From a virus (lineage: Duplodnaviria > Caudoviricetes), in IMG/VR virus record IMGVR_UViG_3300020171_000005, positions 887-64,886 of that record: 64,000 nt of DNA, one strand, 5' to 3'. Below the pieces are notes generated by a model. That model saw only the letters and a program-made list of their open reading frames with translations. It did not search any database and had not been told where the DNA came from. Positions within the stretch are counted from its first letter, which is position 1; each line of letters begins with the position of its first letter. Made by a program: the position numbers and the translations under genes. Shown here piece after piece: positions 36,497 to 46,375 of this stretch.

Positions 36497-37163
36497 TCCC
36501 CCCAAGCGGATATACAATAAATAATTCTCCGCATTTCGGGCACATTATAGTCGTTGCCTCACTTGGAACATCAAACTCATGACCACACCACTTACATTTC
36601 ACGGTTTTTGTTGGAGGCAGAGGCGGAGTGCCTACGGCTTCTAATATCATGTATGCTCCCACTTGACCTTCCATATTAGCCCCGCCAAGGTTAGTTACTT
36701 GAAGGTCAAAATCAAAGGAAACCGACCCTGTAGGGTCAAAAGTGGCACTTGAAAACTGAACAACCTCCGGCACATAAAATGGTGTCCCACCTGCTAGTTT
36801 TGCTAAACACAGATGGCGCCATACTCCAGGGACAGGTGGTATTCGTAGTAATAACCAAACCTCTACGTCCTGGTCACAGGCAATCCCAATAGAAATCATG
36901 GTTAATGTATAGCCTACAGGTGTTGAGTATGGTAAATCTATAGCAGTTACGCCATTAACACAATGCACCATAGCTCCTGCAGCAAGGGGGGCTTTGAACC
37001 ATGAGAAGACAGAGGCGACACCGCTAAATGATACCAGGAAGGCAAGTAATGTCTGGTTATACTTGAGAGAGTATCCTGGTCTAATTTCGCCAGAAGAAAG
37101 CTCATCTGTGTAATCAGGCTTACCGATGCCTCTTACTGGAGCATTCCCTTGAACTATTCTCAT
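36480..37163 (-). CDS. Beta-sandwich protein with C-terminal zinc ribbon
   Basis: CKWCGH...CPKCG. Confidence 0.65.
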   Translation of the reverse strand: MRIVQGNAPVRGIGKPDYTDELSSGEIRPGYSLKYNQTLLAFLVSFSGVASVFSWFKAPLAAGAMVHCVNGVTAIDLPYSTPVGYTLTMISIGIACDQDVEVWLLLRIPPVPGVWRHLCLAKLAGGTPFYVPEVVQFSSATFDPTGSVSFDFDLQVTNLGGANMEGQVGAYMILEAVGTPPLPPTKTVKCKWCGHEFDVPSEATTIMCPKCGELFIVYPLGGNVESK

Positions 37164-37678
37164 ACTGCTGCTCCCTCAAGCGCTATTGTCACGGTTATCG
37201 CATGCGTGAACCCACCATCAGTGTTTACCATCTCTACCCATATCTCCTCGTGGTCCTCTACTCGTTCATTGAAGGGGTACGTCGGGGTAGCATTATTGAG
37301 TGATAAGAAATTCTCATTTGGGCAAAACTGCTTAACGCCATGCCCTACTCTAACGTCCACAAGGGCATTACATCCATTCGGCCAATGCGGAGTTATAGAC
37401 TTAATATACCCAGCAAATGGAGCATTCTCCGTCAGCATAGCCCGTGAGCCTACTGCTGGGGGTATCGCTAGGTTAAAGACAAATGGTATCTGCTCAATCT
37501 GTACAGGCATAACTACCCCTCCTAGGCTCTCAATTGCACTTCCTAGACTGCTGACCCTCTCAGCAAGGGCAACTATCCTAGGACCAAGAAAGTCAAGTCG
37601 GTTGTCTATCGAGGTAAACGGTTCTGGGACCCGCTCTCTCTTCGAGATACTTTTGACAAAATCCTCGTATTCTCCCAT
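37160..37678 (-). CDS. Putative single jelly-roll (penton/decoration-like) protein
   Basis: Short N-terminal coiled coil then about 8 beta strands (GYIKSIT...VDVRVG...IWVEMVN...ITVTIAL). Confidence 0.5.
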   Translation of the reverse strand: MGEYEDFVKSISKRERVPEPFTSIDNRLDFLGPRIVALAERVSSLGSAIESLGGVVMPVQIEQIPFVFNLAIPPAVGSRAMLTENAPFAGYIKSITPHWPNGCNALVDVRVGHGVKQFCPNENFLSLNNATPTYPFNERVEDHEEIWVEMVNTDGGFTHAITVTIALEGAAV

Positions 37679-37770
37679 TTCCTACCCTCTATCTTATTAA
37701 CAGGGGGAGAGGTACTATTTAACTCCCCCTCCCCCTAAGGGTTACTTCTTCACCAGGTTACCGTTTAAGC

Positions 37771-38610
37771 CTAGTCCACAGGCTCAAGATCCACAGTGAC
37801 ACATAATCCCGCAAGGGTACCAAGATTACCATCCACCGGGTCAAGGGCTATCCTGTCACCTACTTCGAGTATCTGGGCCCCGGTAGCAACTATTGTACCA
37901 TCCTGCACGGTCTCAGCAACTCCATTACCGTCAAAACCGCCTCCGGCGTTGTCCGTTAGCAGGTTGTCTCCCGTTCCTGGTACCTCTATGCCTTGAAGTC
38001 TCTCAACTTGGATCATGCCGAGTGCATCAGCTGTTGCGGTAGTAAAGACACATCTGGCGGCAACTACCTGGCATCGCTTAGTGGCAGTGAAGAACTTGTC
38101 GTGCATCGCCGCTGTCTGGGGTTGAGCTCCATATAGTATCGCCGTAACGATTACCCGTTCAGTCTCCGCTACTGCTAACCTTGCCCTTATGGGGACCAGC
38201 TCCTCCAGCTCTATGGTTACCTGGACGTTCCTGAGAGCCGCGGGGTTTCCTGTATCCAGTAGACAGATGCGGTCTCCAGCACCCAGGGTCCTGTTGACAA
38301 CGGTAATACCAGTAATGCTACCGTACTGGGGAGTTTCTGCCGCCAGCTGCATGTTAAAGGCCGCTGCAAGCAGAGCATCACCCGCTCCTGGGGCTTCAGC
38401 TGGTTCCAGCTTCTCTGCAGTAAGTGTACAGGCAGCCCCGGCAGCAACGGTATAGACTACCTCCATCCCGACAAAGATATAGCGGTTGGCTGCAGGACAG
38501 ATGAAGATAACTCCGTAGTTAGCTGCCGTCCCCGCTATGGCATCTGGAAGGTGGATTGGGAGTAAAAGCCTCCGGGTTTCGTACATTGCAGTTTTATTTC
38601 TCAGTGTCAT
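37771..38610 (-). CDS. Tandem-duplicated beta-sandwich putative capsid decoration protein
   Basis: Two internal repeats (EKL..EAPGAGD.LL...GDRI.L...VTIEL) shared with 38612..39016. Confidence 0.65.
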   Translation of the reverse strand: MTLRNKTAMYETRRLLLPIHLPDAIAGTAANYGVIFICPAANRYIFVGMEVVYTVAAGAACTLTAEKLEPAEAPGAGDALLAAAFNMQLAAETPQYGSITGITVVNRTLGAGDRICLLDTGNPAALRNVQVTIELEELVPIRARLAVAETERVIVTAILYGAQPQTAAMHDKFFTATKRCQVVAARCVFTTATADALGMIQVERLQGIEVPGTGDNLLTDNAGGGFDGNGVAETVQDGTIVATGAQILEVGDRIALDPVDGNLGTLAGLCVTVDLEPVD

Positions 38611-38611
38611 G

Positions 38612-39016
38612 CTATACCTCCACCAGTTCTACAGTAACACAGACTCCAACCAAAGCGACTAAGCCCACGACATTATCAATCAGGTTAAGCCTGTCCCCAA
38701 CCGCCAACACCATCACTGCCCCTCCAGTTATCGCCGGAAACAGGGGAGTATTGTTTGCTGACGTTAGGAGTGTTTCTGCTGCCAGCGCGTCACCAGCTCC
38801 TGATACCTCAACTCCCTGGAGGCGCTCAAGAATCACCCCTGCTCCTGCGCTAGTGCTTAGGGTTTCGTGGGACTCAGAGACTGATAGCACCTCACATGTG
38901 CGGTCAGCAACGTAGATCTTACCCCAGTTAACGGCAGCCTGAGCCTGAGTTCCCGGAAGGATAGCCACGACACAGAAGCGCCTGGCGGCCCCATAAGTAC
39001 TTCTCTTACTTCTCAT
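38612..39016 (-). CDS. Single-domain paralog of 37771..38610
   Basis: LERLQGVEVSGAGDAL...VGDRLNL...VCVTVEL. Confidence 0.65.
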   Translation of the reverse strand: MRSKRSTYGAARRFCVVAILPGTQAQAAVNWGKIYVADRTCEVLSVSESHETLSTSAGAGVILERLQGVEVSGAGDALAAETLLTSANNTPLFPAITGGAVMVLAVGDRLNLIDNVVGLVALVGVCVTVELVEV

Positions 39017-39044
39017 GCTCTACCTCCTCGCTTATTCATTCGGC

Positions 39045-39773
39045 CTACCTGTTCTGCCAGACCTTGACATAGTCAACGGTCAGTAACCGGATATTGGCAG
39101 CCTTATTACGAAGAATTATCCAGGGGGTCAGGGGGTCGGCTGGGGTTATAGCGAGCAGGTGTGTGGCTAACAGAACCCCGTTTACATAGTAGTATGCGTT
39201 CCCAAGCGCATCCAATTGGACCCTGAGGACATAGAAAGTCCCACCTACAGGGAGAATCCCCAGGTCAGTAGCCGCAGGCGCTACGGTGTTTATCACGTTG
39301 ACAGCGGTGAAATTGGGGAAGTTGGCGGCGCTATCAAGTGGGTCGAAACCGATTATCACTGCATCGGCGGAGACGGGAGTTGGGAGAGCAGCTCCGGTTA
39401 GGTTGTAGTCATCGAATGCCGAACCCTGTGCTTCTGTCAGGGAATCATTGAAGCCCAGCTCAATGGTACAACCGGTGGCGACATTCAGGTTTAACCTAGC
39501 TTCAATACCGCAGGCTCGGTTCGCGGTCCAGTTTAGCCCGTGTGCCAGCGTAGCCCAGTCGTCATTAACTGCAGTGGTGGTGTGGACGACAGTTCCATTT
39601 GGGGCAGCTGCAATGGCGATGGTACAACCGGCATCAACATCAACAGCCCATTCATCCTTAAGGATATCACCAAGGAAGTCGTCCTTCAGGAATTGGGTAC
39701 GCTGCAGAGAGGGCTCCCAGTCACCTAATTGCCAGATTCTTGAGCCAGCAATAAAGCCTATCTTTTTTGTCAT
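39045..39773 (-). CDS. Concanavalin/LamG-like beta-sandwich putative virion protein
   Basis: DDFLG...FYVLRV...YYVNGVL.ATH...VDYVKVWQNR. Confidence 0.65.
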   Translation of the reverse strand: MTKKIGFIAGSRIWQLGDWEPSLQRTQFLKDDFLGDILKDEWAVDVDAGCTIAIAAAPNGTVVHTTTAVNDDWATLAHGLNWTANRACGIEARLNLNVATGCTIELGFNDSLTEAQGSAFDDYNLTGAALPTPVSADAVIIGFDPLDSAANFPNFTAVNVINTVAPAATDLGILPVGGTFYVLRVQLDALGNAYYYVNGVLLATHLLAITPADPLTPWIILRNKAANIRLLTVDYVKVWQNR

Positions 39774-39882
39774 GTTTCTCCCTTTGAACTACTTCCCCCT
39801 ATTCAGGAGCATTTTAACTTCAGGGTAGTTCTCCTTACTACAGGTAACATATAAGATTTATGCTACCCGAACCTTATTCACT

Positions 39883-40233
39883 TTACTCCGCATCCTCATA
39901 CACAAGGTAAACCATGATGTTACCAGCGGCGCTGGCAATCCCATATGGCTGTGAACCTGCTGGTATGATATAGAGAGGGAGTGAATCCCCCTTCAACTCC
40001 TCTGGGTCGTTCCACATCTCGTATTGAGTCGCATGCTCTATCCAGTCAAGGATAACGTTAGCGGGAACGGCAGTCTGATGGCCGAATTGTAACTGGTTTG
40101 GTCCAGCAAATTGGTTGGCGGTTTTTATCTTGTAAACATACCGCCTCATGTTGGCTGGGACATGGGAACCGAAGGCAACACCTGCGTTAGTGATGACTCC
40201 TAGAACCGAATTCAGTCCTCTCTTATCTGGCAT
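39883..40233 (-). CDS. Small beta-sandwich putative virion protein
   Basis: VPANMRRYVYKI...VYLVYED jelly-roll-like pattern. Confidence 0.55.
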   Translation of the reverse strand: MPDKRGLNSVLGVITNAGVAFGSHVPANMRRYVYKIKTANQFAGPNQLQFGHQTAVPANVILDWIEHATQYEMWNDPEELKGDSLPLYIIPAGSQPYGIASAAGNIMVYLVYEDAE

Positions 40234-40937
40234 TAGCCGCCCTCCTGTATCACAGATTTACTGTAGGCAAGCAAGCCATCCCCAACAAGCTCCGAAAGCC
40301 AGTCTGGTATCCTCGCCGGCTCTGGGTCAATACCGCCCATAGTATGCAGACTTCCTGGCCGCCTCAACGTGAGAATATCCCTGACGAGGTCTCTGTTCTT
40401 TATGATGACGTAGGAGTACCTCATGACATCAAAGTTCAGCATAACATTGTCCATGGTATCAAGCAGAGGATTGTAGCACTGGAAGGCGGGGTAAAGCTCA
40501 TGGACGGAGAAGATTTGGCTCTTCAGAGAGAACGGTCCGTCGAAGGGGCTCATCTCACCATCGACGTAGCCAACGTCACCAACTATGGTACGCTGTATGG
40601 CAACTAGGTTCATTCGGTCTTGCCTGGTGGGGTACTGGAAGAAAATCCTAGCCTTCGGCTTGTTAACCCCATAGAAGCTGTGGTAAATCCACCTCTCTTC
40701 TGGGGGCATCAAGTAACGCCGGCCACCGGCATCAGTTACCTCATCCCAGGCAGCGAGGTTACTGGTGGCCGCCAATGGGTAGTCAGCGGCCACCCCAAGA
40801 GAATATGGCTTCACATTGGAAGGTTCCCAGCCTAGGATCCTAAAACAGACCCAACCTTGAGCAAACTGGAGAGCCAAAAGGTAACCCTCTTTCAAGAATC
40901 GATTCTCGTGGCTCTCCTTCACTAGAGCTACGTCCAT
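40233..40937 (-). CDS. Putative capsid-associated protein (candidate second major capsid protein)
   Basis: 234 aa, beta-rich, directly downstream of 41007..41714. Confidence 0.45.
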   Translation of the reverse strand: MDVALVKESHENRFLKEGYLLALQFAQGWVCFRILGWEPSNVKPYSLGVAADYPLAATSNLAAWDEVTDAGGRRYLMPPEERWIYHSFYGVNKPKARIFFQYPTRQDRMNLVAIQRTIVGDVGYVDGEMSPFDGPFSLKSQIFSVHELYPAFQCYNPLLDTMDNVMLNFDVMRYSYVIIKNRDLVRDILTLRRPGSLHTMGGIDPEPARIPDWLSELVGDGLLAYSKSVIQEGG

Positions 40938-41006
40938 ATGTACCTCCTCTTTTCTCTGTGTCTAACAGAGAAGGTTTATTCTAACCAGGTAAGTAACCAG
41001 CAAAGA

Positions 41007-41714
41007 CTATAACCAGGCTGGTACTTCAGGGTTGAGTAGGCGTCCAAGCCCAACTACCAAGCCACCCAGTTTCAGGTGCTCAGCTCCCACCTCACCATTG
41101 GCAGTTACTAAGAGCTGATCCTCAGGCAACACAATCTTGGTTGGGATTGGAAATACCGGGACCCCATTTACATTGTCACCAATGAGAATGTCACTGACAT
41201 CCTCGGGAATCAGGTTAACACGGCCAATCTGGAAGTGTACCTCCCGGACAAAGGGGACTGGAGCTGTCTGGCTAACCAGATGGGTGATAATAAGGCCGTG
41301 GTCCTCAGACAATGGGAAAGGTGTGGCGGCGTTAAGACCATCCAGGTAGGCTACCCAGGTCCCTATAGCAGCAAAGTTGACCAGCCAGTTGAGCCTTCGG
41401 TTTACTGCGAGAACTCCCCCTGTTTTGGTATGGACTGGTCTTATGAACCCGAAGCCAATCTCTGCATCACCCGGGTTCATGCCGCGGAACTTGCGCCCGT
41501 TAAGCTTTTCCTTGATAGCCATGACACCGGCAACGATGGTGTCAACCCGCTCCTCGAAGATTCGCCTAACCTGGCTGTCAGTGGTAGCCATTAACTTGTT
41601 GAAGTTGTCCTCAAAGATGGCTTGTTCCTCACCATCTAATGCGGCCAGGCTGAACTTCTGCCCATATAGGCTGAGTTCTCTTTTACTTAATGCAGATAGT
41701 CCTGCTATTCTCAT
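41007..41714 (-). CDS. Candidate major capsid protein (helical N-terminus plus jelly-roll-like C-terminus)
   Basis: 235 aa, strong RBS GGGAGG, near head of structural operon; fold inferred only. Confidence 0.45.
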   Translation of the reverse strand: MRIAGLSALSKRELSLYGQKFSLAALDGEEQAIFEDNFNKLMATTDSQVRRIFEERVDTIVAGVMAIKEKLNGRKFRGMNPGDAEIGFGFIRPVHTKTGGVLAVNRRLNWLVNFAAIGTWVAYLDGLNAATPFPLSEDHGLIITHLVSQTAPVPFVREVHFQIGRVNLIPEDVSDILIGDNVNGVPVFPIPTKIVLPEDQLLVTANGEVGAEHLKLGGLVVGLGRLLNPEVPAWL

Positions 41715-41758
41715 GCTTTCCTCCCTATGTTAATATTTCTCTTTACCTTATGTTTACC

Positions 41759-42055
41759 TTATGACAGGATTTCCTGCCCCAGCGGCCTCTGGGTTACCAT
41801 TGACGATGCTGGTACCTCCCTTACCGTGGTGACAGCACGTCCTCTCCCCGCCCTTCGGAGTGCAGGTTGTGCAGGCATCTCAGGCGGTGCCGGCAGGTCT
41901 GGAATCGCCATCGGGAAATCCGGTACAACGGGGATCTGTTCTGCGGCGTCTAGAAGCATCGTGGAAACAACCGGCGCCCCGGCAGGTAACGCTGCTTCTA
42001 CTGCGGCCGGATACGCTGCTCCTTGGACTAGAATCTCTTTAATATTTGTCGCCAT
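41759..42055 (-). CDS. Pro/Ala-rich small protein, paralog of 42066..42380
   Basis: Shared K.ILV...LP..AP.VS and C-terminal PLG.EILS. Confidence 0.7.
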   Translation of the reverse strand: MATNIKEILVQGAAYPAAVEAALPAGAPVVSTMLLDAAEQIPVVPDFPMAIPDLPAPPEMPAQPALRRAGRGRAVTTVREVPASSMVTQRPLGQEILS

Positions 42056-42065
42056 GTCATCCTCC

Positions 42066-42380
42066 CTATGATAGTATTTCTTCCCCTAGAGGTTTCAGGC
42101 TAATATCTAGTGTTGGAGTCGCTGGAGTAATCTCAACTTTGGTATTGGGATTAAGAGAGATAGGCTCCTCAATACCTCTAATAGGGCCAACTGTAGCCTC
42201 AGAGGTCTGAGAGAATCCTCTAGAGTCTAGTGGCAGCTCAGGAAGGTTAGGGTTTACTGGTAAAGCAGCAGCAATATTGACCATTAACTGAGATACCTTT
42301 GGGGCATTAAGAGGAAGATTCTTCTCGATGTTCCCCGGAACCCCAGCCTGCTTAACCAAGATATCCTTCAATGAAGGCAT
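42066..42380 (-). CDS. Pro-rich small protein, paralog of 41759..42055
   Basis: Ends KPLGEEILS versus RPLGQEILS. Confidence 0.7.
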   Translation of the reverse strand: MPSLKDILVKQAGVPGNIEKNLPLNAPKVSQLMVNIAAALPVNPNLPELPLDSRGFSQTSEATVGPIRGIEEPISLNPNTKVEITPATPTLDISLKPLGEEILS

Positions 42381-42397
42381 AATTTCACTCCCCCACC

Positions 42398-42751
42398 TTA
42401 TCTTAGCTGTTTCTCTACCTCAGACTTAAACTTTCTCACCACCTCTCCCCCAATAGCTTGGTCGACCTGGGAGAGTACCGTATTACAAGCCCGGTCTATG
42501 TCCCCTCGGACCTTTTCAATGGTGGACTTGCCAATTTCAACATCTCTCTTAATCACACTGACAACCCCTTTGACCCCCTCGTCCATTACTCTGGCTCCAC
42601 CTTCGATGGACTGAAACAGGGCTTGCCTCATTCCCTCTGCTATGTCCATCCCAACTCCTACTCCCCCCTGAGCAAACGTCTTTACTACCTCGGCTCCCGA
42701 GGCTGCTATCTTAGTGGGGTCAGGTACATCCGGTAATCTACCAAGTGGCAT
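42398..42751 (-). CDS. Amphipathic helical hypothetical protein
   Basis: First gene after promoter 42791-42819; GGAGGTGA RBS. Confidence 0.7.
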   Translation of the reverse strand: MPLGRLPDVPDPTKIAASGAEVVKTFAQGGVGVGMDIAEGMRQALFQSIEGGARVMDEGVKGVVSVIKRDVEIGKSTIEKVRGDIDRACNTVLSQVDQAIGGEVVRKFKSEVEKQLR

Positions 42752-42790
42752 ATTTCACCTCCACATTATTGCTATATACCTCATACTCTC

Positions 42791-42819
42791 ATTTTACCAC
42801 AAATAGAATCCCTTGTCAA
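42791..42819 (-). promoter_or_regulatory. sigma70-type promoter heading the putative capsid operon
   Basis: TTGACA-17-TAAAAT with TGn extension. Confidence 0.65.
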
Positions 42820-42841
42820 GGTAGTGAAAAGATCATTTTCA

Positions 42842-43519
42842 TTACATAATCCCACCCCCAAAAAGAGGAATGAGGGGTGGTGGAGGGAAAGGGAATGCTA
42901 CCTTTGGCCTTGCCCTTACCGATGCAGCGGGGTCACCTAATAGTATAGCGTTATTATGGTTGAATTGCAGACAGCTTTTTATCAACTCATCTTCCTCGAC
43001 CTCAATGTTCCTTAAGTAACCTTCAAGTTCCACATTCAACGCCTCCCCAGCTGTCTCACCATTGAGTAAAGTGTTGAGTCCCTCAACCACTGGCATCAAG
43101 CTAGTAGCTGCCATCTTATCATCCCAAGGGGTTGAGGCATAGTCAGAATCCATCACCCAAACGTAATCGTCCATATAGCCCATGAAGGCAACACAACCAT
43201 TCCTCACTAAATCTGGCCCTAGCTCTACTCCACACTGGCAGGATATAAGTTTAATTACCTTGCCCTTGACTTCCTTAGGATCGTACTTCCCAACCTCAAG
43301 AAGTACATCCTCATGTTGGCCAGTAAAAGCATCCACATCGCCATGACCAGCTCCAACAATGATATCAGACTGGGGAACAGCCAGTCTAAACGGCAAACGC
43401 CGTACCAAAACAGAAAGGAGCTGAACTGGTTCCACCCTAGGAGCGATATACCTCAGGAGGAAACCAGAGGCACTTCTCGTAGCCAAGTCAAAATCCGCCA
43501 TGCATAGTGTAATTGGCAT
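42842..43519 (-). CDS. Clan CD (caspase/gingipain/CHAT-like) cysteine protease homolog
   Basis: IIVGAGHG (His-Gly), IKLISCQCG (Cys), AFMGY, LLGDP as in gingipain-like C25 proteins. Confidence 0.65.
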   Translation of the reverse strand: MPITLCMADFDLATRSASGFLLRYIAPRVEPVQLLSVLVRRLPFRLAVPQSDIIVGAGHGDVDAFTGQHEDVLLEVGKYDPKEVKGKVIKLISCQCGVELGPDLVRNGCVAFMGYMDDYVWVMDSDYASTPWDDKMAATSLMPVVEGLNTLLNGETAGEALNVELEGYLRNIEVEEDELIKSCLQFNHNNAILLGDPAASVRARPKVAFPFPPPPLIPLFGGGIM

Positions 43520-43552
43520 TTATCTCGTCTCTCCTTTTACACTTTCACAACT

Positions 43553-44008
43553 TCACACCCTGAAGCTTGCCTTAGGAGACGTGAGCCTTCTATCGCCATG
43601 GCTCCACATTTGGGTTGGCGTTGCTCCTTCCCAGCTTCCTACTCCATGTACTGCTGCCAGCTCAAGCATTGACGCAGGGTCAGTAGGCAGTTTGTCAATT
43701 TTGGCTGTCCAAATAGTAACCGCACATTCCTCTGCGCCGAAGACTCCAGGATTTCCAGACTTAACATCAGCTATCATCCTTTGAACCTCCAAAGGGGCAA
43801 GAAACGGCTCTGTTCGATAAAGACCATTTGAGCCCTGAATGTATGCCATCGGGGCACTATCAAGGTACTTAGAATCATCTTGATTGAAGAGGCTAACGAC
43901 AACAGTAGCTGTGCTTACAGGCATACCAGCATCATCCAGAACTTGAGCGTAAATTATCGCTGCCTCTCCTGGAGTATATTCACTTCCGAAGACCTTTATC
44001 GTTGCCAT
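43553..44008 (-). CDS. Ig-like domain protein
   Basis: EYTPGE...AQVLD..G.PV..ATV...GLYR. Confidence 0.6.
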   Translation of the reverse strand: MATIKVFGSEYTPGEAAIIYAQVLDDAGMPVSTATVVVSLFNQDDSKYLDSAPMAYIQGSNGLYRTEPFLAPLEVQRMIADVKSGNPGVFGAEECAVTIWTAKIDKLPTDPASMLELAAVHGVGSWEGATPTQMWSHGDRRLTSPKASFRV

Positions 44009-45169
44009 TTATTCTCCTGCATACAATAATTTTCTCCACCCTGTTCCAGCTTCTCGCTTCAGCTGGTTCCAAGCATAAGGGGTTGGTGGTTCAGAAGCAT
44101 ACTGTAGTTGCTTCCACTCCGCTCCTACCTCAATATCCCCATAGCCATAAAGACTAATTGCATAACCAACGACCCAGGTATACGTTGCCTCATCGCCTGG
44201 GTCTATATGTTCACCTAACACCACCCACACACCAGTACCTCCAGAGGTGTCCATCTCTATAGCACCAACAGCATAATAGCATCCGATGTAATCGCCTTCT
44301 TGTACCGCAATGGAAAGCTCGGTAAATGTTCGCTCTGCACCAGCCACTACATCACCTATAAGTTCACTATCTCGGCATTTGAGTGTATCGCCGCTCACAA
44401 CATAGAAAGTCCCGACTATTAAATATGTCATATTAACGTATGGGTAGACTTTTATACTATGAATTATGCCACTAGCGTTGGCAGGATTAGCCTTGTCAAC
44501 ACGAGTGCCACCAGATGAATAGTAAGTCGCTCGGTCAATAGAAATTGAGCCAACATCAATGTCTGATACTGGTGGCTCCCAAGGTGTTTCAACTCGCTCC
44601 GCCACTCCCTCATTGACCACCATGATGGAGCCAACGGTAGCCTTTTTGCCAGCAGTAGTAACCTTCCAGTTCAGGATAATAAAGATATATTCGTCTGTTA
44701 AAGTAAGGTTCTGGTTGCAATTGACGGTTACAGTCCCCGTCTTTATCTCACCCGCAGTAGCAGCAAAGGAAATCGTGGCAGAAACCCCGTCTGCCGAGTT
44801 CATCTTGGTTAGTTGAGCTGTGGTTGGATTGGCATAGCTGGTGCGATAGACACGAACATTTATTGTGCCTTCATGAGCATTTGCATCTTTATTTCTGAGC
44901 TTATAGGCTATCGCCCAGTTACCTGAAGGGAATGTCTTATTGTAAATATTCTCTGAACGCCAGCCATGAGCACCATCAGCATCACCTTCAATGAAACTGG
45001 CACCGTAAGTAGCACCATTGGCGATACCAGGTACATAAGCAAAGTAATTGCCCGAACTGACCTTGCCATTTACGATGCTGGTGGCTTCATTGGCACTATC
45101 AGGAGCAACTTCGGACAATCTCCATACTTTAGTGGAGAGTTCAACACTCTCAAAGTATAGTGTTGTCAT
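44009..45169 (-). CDS. Two-domain beta-rich putative receptor-binding/virion protein
   Basis: T/G/S/A-rich beta composition. Confidence 0.65.
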   Translation of the reverse strand: MTTLYFESVELSTKVWRLSEVAPDSANEATSIVNGKVSSGNYFAYVPGIANGATYGASFIEGDADGAHGWRSENIYNKTFPSGNWAIAYKLRNKDANAHEGTINVRVYRTSYANPTTAQLTKMNSADGVSATISFAATAGEIKTGTVTVNCNQNLTLTDEYIFIILNWKVTTAGKKATVGSIMVVNEGVAERVETPWEPPVSDIDVGSISIDRATYYSSGGTRVDKANPANASGIIHSIKVYPYVNMTYLIVGTFYVVSGDTLKCRDSELIGDVVAGAERTFTELSIAVQEGDYIGCYYAVGAIEMDTSGGTGVWVVLGEHIDPGDEATYTWVVGYAISLYGYGDIEVGAEWKQLQYASEPPTPYAWNQLKREAGTGWRKLLYAGE

Positions 45170-45434
45170 CTTTTTCTATCACCCTGAATCCACATTTCGG
45201 AGGCACTTGTCCAGGAGAATAGGGGAAGTTCTTTCGCTGGTCTAGGTCGCAGTTTCCAATCTGTATGTCTTTGTCAAACACCTTGCAGTTGGAGATGAGT
45301 GCCCCATAATCCTTGCCCGATTGCATGACCTCCCCCTTCTTAATAACTCTTAAAGCTACCCACTCAAATTCAGGGCAATGGTTGTCACAGCATCGCCCGC
45401 ACTGCCGACATTCACCAGTGCGTATGTAAAGCAT
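45150..45434 (-). CDS. YkgJ/CxxCxxCC-type Zn/Fe-S protein
   Basis: GECRQCGRCC...C...C...C...FP...CGF. Confidence 0.7.
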   Translation of the reverse strand: MLYIRTGECRQCGRCCDNHCPEFEWVALRVIKKGEVMQSGKDYGALISNCKVFDKDIQIGNCDLDQRKNFPYSPGQVPPKCGFRVIEKDDNTIL

Positions 45435-45513
45435 AAAAACCTCCTATGCTAAGTCAAACGCTATTCCGCCCTCACGAAGACAGCACTACTGCAATTGCCT
45501 ACCTTAACCAGCA

Positions 45514-45762
45514 TTATTCAGTCTCTTCTATTTTCTTTATTGGTGGCTTATCCGTTAGCTTCACAACGCCCATTACCTCTCTATACTTGGCTTCCATCAG
45601 CTCAAACCTGATAAGGTCAAGCACAAAGAGGGTATTCTGGATTGTTGCCCTTTGCTCCTGGACTACTCCGACCAAGGCGTTGTGTAGCTCCTCGCACTCC
45701 TTTGCCCGTGCTTGCTCATAGGCTCTCTCAAGGCTTGCGAATAGCTCTTCCTTCTTAGCCAT
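45514..45762 (-). CDS. Helical hypothetical protein
   Basis: RBS AGGAGG. Confidence 0.65.
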   Translation of the reverse strand: MAKKEELFASLERAYEQARAKECEELHNALVGVVQEQRATIQNTLFVLDLIRFELMEAKYREVMGVVKLTDKPPIKKIEETE

Positions 45763-45777
45763 ATTTACTTCCTCCTG

Positions 45778-46374
45778 TTATGCTCCTACCCAAACATAGG
45801 CATGCTTGTCAGCAATACCAGTGTCAAAGTAGACCTGACCTTCCACTTCTGTGCCTAAGTCTGGCGGAGTATCAACTGCTTCAAGAACCAAGCCATCAGC
45901 TTGCTGCTTATTGAGGTTTACTGCTGCGGTGGGTAAACCAAGCTCATTGAGCAAAATAGCATCACCGCCAGCTAGCTTATGGTCAGCAGCATGTAGCTTA
46001 GGGACACTAACGCCCCTAGAGGCTGCATCCAAGCCCATGTAACCGCTGGCTGCATCCTTGTGAACAAGTTCCTCAAGTCCTGCTTCAGCCGCCGTCTTGT
46101 TAATCCATGTGCCTACCTCATAAGACAGAACCTCATCGTCAGCTGGTGTAGTGATAGTAACATCTGTCTGCCCAGCATCCAATGCGTGAGCACCAGCACT
46201 TTCAGCTGCCCAAGCTGGGTCAGCAGAAGCACCACCAGACTTCAGCACGTATCCGGATGCACCATGCACCAACTCAATTACAGCACCAGTTGAATCAATA
46301 AGTAGCATCCTGTAGGCTGTTCCCTTTAACTCTGTAGCCAGGTCTCCTGCTAGTAAAATCTTTGTCCAAGCCAT
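45778..46374 (-). CDS. Fibre-like putative virion protein
   Basis: GYVLKSGGASADPAW, DVTITTPADDEVLSY, HAADH..GGD, EGQVYFDT motifs typical of phage fibres. Confidence 0.65.
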   Translation of the reverse strand: MAWTKILLAGDLATELKGTAYRMLLIDSTGAVIELVHGASGYVLKSGGASADPAWAAESAGAHALDAGQTDVTITTPADDEVLSYEVGTWINKTAAEAGLEELVHKDAASGYMGLDAASRGVSVPKLHAADHKLAGGDAILLNELGLPTAAVNLNKQQADGLVLEAVDTPPDLGTEVEGQVYFDTGIADKHAYVWVGA

Positions 46375-46375
46375 T

